Below the pieces are notes generated by a model. The model made no database searches. It saw only the letters and a list, made by a program, of their open reading frames with translations, and was not told the DNA's origin. A stretch of 64,000 nucleotides of DNA, taken from a bacterium. Its GTDB lineage: Bacteria > Patescibacteriota > Saccharimonadia > Saccharimonadales > OMJO01. Made by a program: the position numbers and the translations under genes. Shown here one piece after another: positions 59,551-64,000 of the stretch. The stretch covers positions 623-64,622 of the forward strand of contig OMJO01000012.1 of assembly GCA_900299395.1 (NCBI GenBank). The letters run 5' to 3'. The number at the start of each line of letters is the position of its first letter. The stretch's first letter is position 1.

Positions 59551-59742
59551 ATGCAGAAATGTGAGATTACTGGCAAAGGCAAACAATACGGCTCCAACGT
59601 AAGCTTCTCTCAGAGGCACACCAAAAAAGTTTGGAAGCCTAATTTGCAAATGAAAACCGTTATGGTGGATGGCAAGAAAGTACAGATGAAAGTCAGTACG
59701 CAGGCTATTCGTACCCTCAAGAAAAAAGGCTTACTCGCGTAA
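59551..59742 (+). CDS. rpmB: 50S ribosomal protein L28
   Basis: 63 aa. MQKCEITGKGKQYGSNVSFSQRHTKKVWKPNLQ... Confidence 0.9.
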   Translation: MQKCEITGKGKQYGSNVSFSQRHTKKVWKPNLQMKTVMVDGKKVQMKVSTQAIRTLKKKGLLA

Positions 59743-59763
59743 ACCCTTTCTTTCCGTTAGTCA

Positions 59764-59788
59764 AAGCCTCCCCCCGGAGGCTTTTTTG
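59764..59788 (+). terminator. rho-independent terminator of rpmB
   Basis: aagcctcc-cccc-ggaggctt followed by tttttg. Confidence 0.7.
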
Positions 59789-60421
59789 TTAGGATTGGTT
59801 TTCTAGGACGATCAGCTGGCTAACATCTCCTAAGTCACCAGACTTAGCTTTTAGTTTAGCCACCGTTTCTTTCGGTTCCATTGCAAGGCCTTTAATGGCT
59901 TCTTCGAGTGGCTGCTGTGGCACCTCGTAATTAACACTCTTTTCAGCATAGTGTGTTGGTACAACAACTTTAGGTTCTATCTTCTTTATAAGTTTAAGCG
60001 CCCCAATGCTGTCCAACGTGTAGCCATTACCACCTACAGGAATCAGAAGGACATCTACCGTACCAAGTGCCTCTAATTGTTTATCGTTGAGCTCGGGATA
60101 GATATGGCCAACAACCGCGACCCTCAGGTCATCTGTTACGATCTTGAACATGGTGGCCGTTAATGCCCCTTCTTCATCCATATGAGCACGAGCAGCGATC
60201 CCCTGGATAGAAACCCCAGATACCTCGTATTCACCGGGCGTAGCAATTGTAATCTTTGTGTCGACCTTGAGCAGTGCGACAATTCCGCTTGTTGCGAGCG
60301 CTATGTCGCCAGACTTGGTGATACTTTTTAAGCCAAGCGCAGCAAGATTATCATCTACCACCACAACGGCGTTTTTGGTCTCTAATCGAACGCAGTTCGC
60401 CCCATAATACTGAATATCCAC
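59789..60421 (-). CDS. metallo-beta-lactamase-fold protein (UPF0173-like; no HxHxDH motif seen)
   Basis: 210 aa. The layout MDIQYYGANCVRLE...VDVLLIPVGGNGYTL...VVPTHY resembles the Lactamase_B_3-type hydrolase family. GTG start. Confidence 0.6.
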   Translation of the reverse strand: MDIQYYGANCVRLETKNAVVVVDDNLAALGLKSITKSGDIALATSGIVALLKVDTKITIATPGEYEVSGVSIQGIAARAHMDEEGALTATMFKIVTDDLRVAVVGHIYPELNDKQLEALGTVDVLLIPVGGNGYTLDSIGALKLIKKIEPKVVVPTHYAEKSVNYEVPQQPLEEAIKGLAMEPKETVAKLKAKSGDLGDVSQLIVLENQS

Positions 60422-60424
60422 GAG

Positions 60425-61042
60425 CTACTCCTTCTCTTTTTTGTCAGTACTAGCCGCAACTTCACCCAATAGATGATGCTTATCGATTAGTATCTGTTTT
60501 TTAGACAATAATACATCTGACAGAAAACGGTCATTTACCTGCCGTCGATAGGTAAATTCGCTGAGTGGCATTACCGCGTAGCGGAGTTCCTTACCCTCTT
60601 GCTTCTCAAGTTCCTCAATAAAATGATTCAGTTTAGTCTGATTTACGTCGCCGACTATTAAGATGTCGACAGGACTTGCTTCGTCTCTAGTGAATTGGCC
60701 AGTATATATGGCTAATTCAACATTACCCAAGGATTTTATACCCGTTGCTTCACTCTTAGCCGTAGGCGCTTTCTCTGCCGGTAAAACACCTTTGCCAAAA
60801 ATGGCTGCCAAAGAACTATAGTGCTCGTACGACTGGTTGACCTCGTAGTACAGACGATTGTTGTTAGTGTCGGATGAAATAATACCTATGCTCAGGAGAT
60901 TAGCTAACTCGCGTCTCACTGAGTTGATCTGCTCATCTATTTTTCGAGTTATCTCACGCACATAGAACGACCGATTGGGATTACTATAGAACAGCTGCAG
61001 TAACTTTACCCTTGTTTTTGACCCAAACAATTGTTCAATCAT
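60425..61042 (-). CDS. winged-helix transcription regulator with a C-terminal domain of unknown function
   Basis: 205 aa. The N-terminus LFGSKTRVKLLQLFYSNPNRSFYVREITRKIDEQINSVRRELANLLSIGII resembles an ArsR-like wHTH. Confidence 0.5.
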   Translation of the reverse strand: MIEQLFGSKTRVKLLQLFYSNPNRSFYVREITRKIDEQINSVRRELANLLSIGIISSDTNNNRLYYEVNQSYEHYSSLAAIFGKGVLPAEKAPTAKSEATGIKSLGNVELAIYTGQFTRDEASPVDILIVGDVNQTKLNHFIEELEKQEGKELRYAVMPLSEFTYRRQVNDRFLSDVLLSKKQILIDKHHLLGEVAASTDKKEKE

Positions 61043-61079
61043 GTATGCATTGTATCAGAAAACGGTACGGCCATCACTT

Positions 61080-61850
61080 CTATTTGTTCAAAAACGTTGT
61101 CACAAGCGCAACGGCCTTACGGGGGTTATCCACCCACTGAATATATTTATTACGTTTGAACCAGGTCCGCTGGCGTTTTGCGAGGTTAAGGTCATTTTTT
61201 ACAAATAACTCGGCCGCTTCATCCAACGTCAAATCTCCCCGCACATACGCAGAAATAGCACGGTAGCCTGGGGCCTGCAGAGCCCGACACTCTACCCCAT
61301 AGGTACCAACTAAATTTTTTACCTCTTCGATTAAGCCTACTTTTATCATGCCATTAACCCTCTTCATGACCCTCTGTTTTAGGACATCCCGCTCTGTCTG
61401 CAGCCCAATGATCAGTGTGTTTGGCCGTACTTGTTTTTTTGTTACAGCGACACTCCTGTCGAGATGACGAGGGTTTTGTGCGTCACGTTTTGCGTTTCTA
61501 GGAGAAAAGCTATAGTCAAACAACAATGCATCAACATACAGCCCCGTCCCTCCCACGACTATAGGAAGTTTACCTTTGCTGGAAATTCTAGATATTGCTT
61601 CGTTTGCTTGCTGCTTAAAGTCTGCCGCAGAGAATGATCCGTCTGGCTCTACGACATCGAGGAGATGGTGCGGTATTTTACTTTGCTCCTCCAGCGATGG
61701 TTTTGCCGTTCCTATATCCATACCCTTATAAACAGTTCGTGAATCAGCGCAAATGATCTCTCCATTAAATCGTTCTGCTATATCGAGTGCTAGGGCACTC
61801 TTACCCGAAGCTGTTTCACCGACTATAAAAACTACTTTTGTGGTGCCCAT
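61080..61850 (-). CDS. miaA: tRNA dimethylallyltransferase (short form)
   Basis: 256 aa. P-loop GETASGKSALA, ADSRTVYKGMDIGTAKPS, and HHLLDV. Confidence 0.88.
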   Translation of the reverse strand: MGTTKVVFIVGETASGKSALALDIAERFNGEIICADSRTVYKGMDIGTAKPSLEEQSKIPHHLLDVVEPDGSFSAADFKQQANEAISRISSKGKLPIVVGGTGLYVDALLFDYSFSPRNAKRDAQNPRHLDRSVAVTKKQVRPNTLIIGLQTERDVLKQRVMKRVNGMIKVGLIEEVKNLVGTYGVECRALQAPGYRAISAYVRGDLTLDEAAELFVKNDLNLAKRQRTWFKRNKYIQWVDNPRKAVALVTTFLNK

Positions 61851-62152
61851 AGCAATTTCTCTACCTCAACCTCGTAGTCCGGACCCACCTGCACACCTTC
61901 CTGCTCTAAGGCCCGCTGGTGGCCTGCCTTGCCACCAGGGAAACCGCTGGCCAGTCCTCCCTGCTTGTTCACCACTCTCTGCCATGGCAAATCGGCTGGA
62001 CCCGTGTGCGCAATTTGTCCCACTTCCCACGCAGCCCATGCCGCGCCGGCCAGTGCGGCCAATTGCCCATATGTCATAACTCGACCCACGGGTATTTGAG
62101 CTACGAGCGCATAAACTCTTTTCTTGAAATCCGCATCAACTCTAGACACCAA
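61832..62152 (-). CDS. alkyltransferase-like protein (MGMT DNA-binding domain with the active-site Cys replaced by Trp)
   Basis: 106 aa. IPVGRVMTYGQLAALAG matches the MGMT helix-turn-helix. PWQRVV sits where MGMT has PCHRV. Confidence 0.65.
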   Translation of the reverse strand: MVSRVDADFKKRVYALVAQIPVGRVMTYGQLAALAGAAWAAWEVGQIAHTGPADLPWQRVVNKQGGLASGFPGGKAGHQRALEQEGVQVGPDYEVEVEKLLWAPQK

Positions 62153-62744
62153 AGTACTCCGCTACAGCCTGCCAGTCCTTTACGCGAGTGATGCCTTCAG
62201 ATAAATTGTCGTTTCGGTTCCACCCGTAGTTACCAAACAATAAAGCGGTCACACCAGCATCATGGGCTGCTAGGCAATGTTCGAGGTTGTCATCAATCAA
62301 ATAGCCTGCGCCAATTTCCTGACAAATTCGAGCCTTATTGGCACTAGAGTCACTGCCCCAAACGGGCACAAACTTAACATCATGAAAAACGCTGGGGAAA
62401 TGCTGGTTCAGCCACTGGTGTGTTTCATCTGCATGTTCCAACTTTCGAGCTGTCACAATTATCAAACGGTACTGCTGTTCGAGCTTAGCAATAACACGGG
62501 TCGCCTGCGGGAGTGTTTTTTGTTTCAAATGGCCCCCGTTTTTGATGTAGCTGTCAAACATCCGACGCCCTTCTTTATCATCAACGCCCCAAACAGTTTC
62601 CCAATAACTCCAGTATGGGGCGATAATGTCGTAGTGTTTGGCACTATGATTCAGATCAAATTCAGTGTTTATGAACTCGCGCACCGTTCCTAGGTTGTCG
62701 CCCAAAACGTCGTCCAAATCAACAGCTATAACCTGCTTACTCAT
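62142..62744 (-). CDS. HAD-superfamily 5'(3')-deoxyribonucleotidase-like hydrolase
   Basis: 200 aa. HAD motif I VIAVDLDDVL, and a later IDDN motif. Confidence 0.6.
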   Translation of the reverse strand: MSKQVIAVDLDDVLGDNLGTVREFINTEFDLNHSAKHYDIIAPYWSYWETVWGVDDKEGRRMFDSYIKNGGHLKQKTLPQATRVIAKLEQQYRLIIVTARKLEHADETHQWLNQHFPSVFHDVKFVPVWGSDSSANKARICQEIGAGYLIDDNLEHCLAAHDAGVTALLFGNYGWNRNDNLSEGITRVKDWQAVAEYFGV

Positions 62745-62750
62745 GGCATT

Positions 62751-64000
62751 TTAGAATGAGCTCTTTGTCACCCGCCCTTTTGCCTCGTTAACAACTGTCT
62801 GCAAGAACTCGGCAACTGGCACGGTCGTGTGTTTGTCCGTTACAGTCATATCCTTGCGCACACGGGGACGGAGCTCCCCTGTTTTCACCTCTTCAGGGCC
62901 AACTACTAACGTATAGGGGATTTTACTCACTTCTGCCGTACGTATTTTCTTGCCGACAGACTCGTTGGCGTTGTCGATAGTAACTCGCAACCCGAGGGCA
63001 CGGGCTTGCTCGCACAACTTTTGGGCATAAGCTACGGTTGAATCTTCCTGATTTAACGTCAGAATTCGTACTTGCTCTGGAGCGAGCCAAACCGGGAAAC
63101 GACCAGCAGTATGTTCAATGTATACGCTCAAAAATCGCTCTACAGATCCGAGGAGTGCACAATGGATCATCACCGGCTGTTTCTTGTTGCCATTATCAGC
63201 AATATACTCCAGCTTAAACCGCTCTGGCTGCACAAAATCAAGCTGTACTGTTGCCACTTGGTGCTCCCGTCCAATCGCGTCGGTAGCCATAAAGTCAATT
63301 TTTGGTCCGTAAAAAGCCGCTTCACCCTCTTCTTCAAAATACTCTATCTTATTAGCGATAACCGCCTGCTTCAACTGTTTCTGCGCACTCGCCCAGAGCT
63401 TCTCTGAGCCCAAATACGCATCACTGTCATCTCGATACGACAATCGAACACGCAAACGCATACCAACGGTTGTATACAGCTCATGGGCAGCCACAAGCAA
63501 GTTATTGATTTCGTGCTCTATCTGATCATCACGACAGAAAACATGGCTGTCGTCCTGCGTTATCGAGCGAACACGACTGAGACCACCTAACTCCCCCGTC
63601 TTTTCATCACGGTAGACTGTCGTTGTTTCCAGGTAGCGAACTGGCAAGTCGCGGTAGCTCCTCTGTTGGCTTGCATAAATACGCGTGTGATGCGGGCAGT
63701 TCATGGGCTTCAGTACAAGCTCATCACTTGTCTCTTGGCTCTTAACCAAGAAAAGTTCGTCGCCAAACTTTGCCCAATGCCCCGAAGCCTCGTAGAGATC
63801 TTTCTTGGTCATGTGCGGTACCCAGACCTTCTCAAATCCATAACGCTGCCTAAGTTCGTTCGAGAAAGCAGCCAGCTCATCACGCAACACAGTGCCGCGT
63901 GGCGTAAATAACGGCAGCCCGCTCCCAACCATGTCAGAAAAAACAAATAGGTCCAGCTCTTGGCCCAGCTTGCGGTGATCACGTGCCTTGGCCTCTTCGA
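62751..64000 (-). CDS. thrS: threonyl-tRNA synthetase, C-terminal ~415 aa (gene continues past the window end)
   Basis: The reading frame is open to position 64000 (...EEAKARDHRKLGQELDLFVFSDMVGSGLPLFTPRG...). Class II motifs are present, including the motif 2 arm-like TGELGGLSRVRSITQDDSH, plus a C-terminal anticodon-binding domain. Confidence 0.93.
   Translation of the reverse strand, partial: EEAKARDHRKLGQELDLFVFSDMVGSGLPLFTPRGTVLRDELAAFSNELRQRYGFEKVWVPHMTKKDLYEASGHWAKFGDELFLVKSQETSDELVLKPMNCPHHTRIYASQQRSYRDLPVRYLETTTVYRDEKTGELGGLSRVRSITQDDSHVFCRDDQIEHEINNLLVAAHELYTTVGMRLRVRLSYRDDSDAYLGSEKLWASAQKQLKQAVIANKIEYFEEEGEAAFYGPKIDFMATDAIGREHQVATVQLDFVQPERFKLEYIADNGNKKQPVMIHCALLGSVERFLSVYIEHTAGRFPVWLAPEQVRILTLNQEDSTVAYAQKLCEQARALGLRVTIDNANESVGKKIRTAEVSKIPYTLVVGPEEVKTGELRPRVRKDMTVTDKHTTVPVAEFLQTVVNEAKGRVTKSSF

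Overview
This is a gene-dense chromosomal segment, mostly minus-strand, from a small-genome bacterium with a Gram-positive-type envelope. I infer a Patescibacteria/CPR lineage such as Saccharibacteria, but no database search was possible. The inference rests on several features seen together: a giant membrane-anchored surface protein, an LPXTG protein, an orphan VirD4/TraG-like ATPase, class II RNR plus NrdR, a T-box ileS leader, an expanded 23S rRNA, many unknown small proteins, and almost no biosynthetic genes. In order, the window holds: the lepB 3' end, parB and parA; a 10.7-kb gene for a 3,559-aa multi-propeller surface protein; rplU; ileS with a T-box leader; a Cys-less thioredoxin-fold gene, nrdJ and nrdR; ftsZ, ftsA, map, adk, a yqeY-like gene and rpsU; priA, def and fmt; infB and rpsA; a small accessory patch (ROK kinase, HExxH/zinc-ribbon protein, KGG stress protein, secreted Ig-like/CBM protein, frameshifted DUF1801 gene, two tiny proteins); one rRNA operon on the minus strand (16S, tRNA-Ala, tRNA-Ile, 23S, 5S); gyrA and gyrB; an LPXTG surface protein; a three-gene operon ending in a VirD4-like ATPase; a ~720-bp gap without ORFs, followed by a candidate small RNA; a comM remnant; infC, rpmI and rplT; RNase P RNA; a DCoH-RNase HI fusion; tRNA-Pro; an M50 protease; rpmB; and an operon running thrS, HAD nucleotidase, ATL, miaA. 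I saw no transposase, integrase, CRISPR array or recognisable defence system. The most unusual elements are the giant modular surface protein with two arrays of an unrecognised Cys-x4-Cys repeat, the orphan coupling-ATPase module, the rRNA operon peculiarities, and the promoter-to-terminator small RNA candidate. All coordinates for RNA ends, motifs and domain boundaries were derived by eye and are approximate. Domain boundaries inside the giant gene are good to about +/-30 nt.
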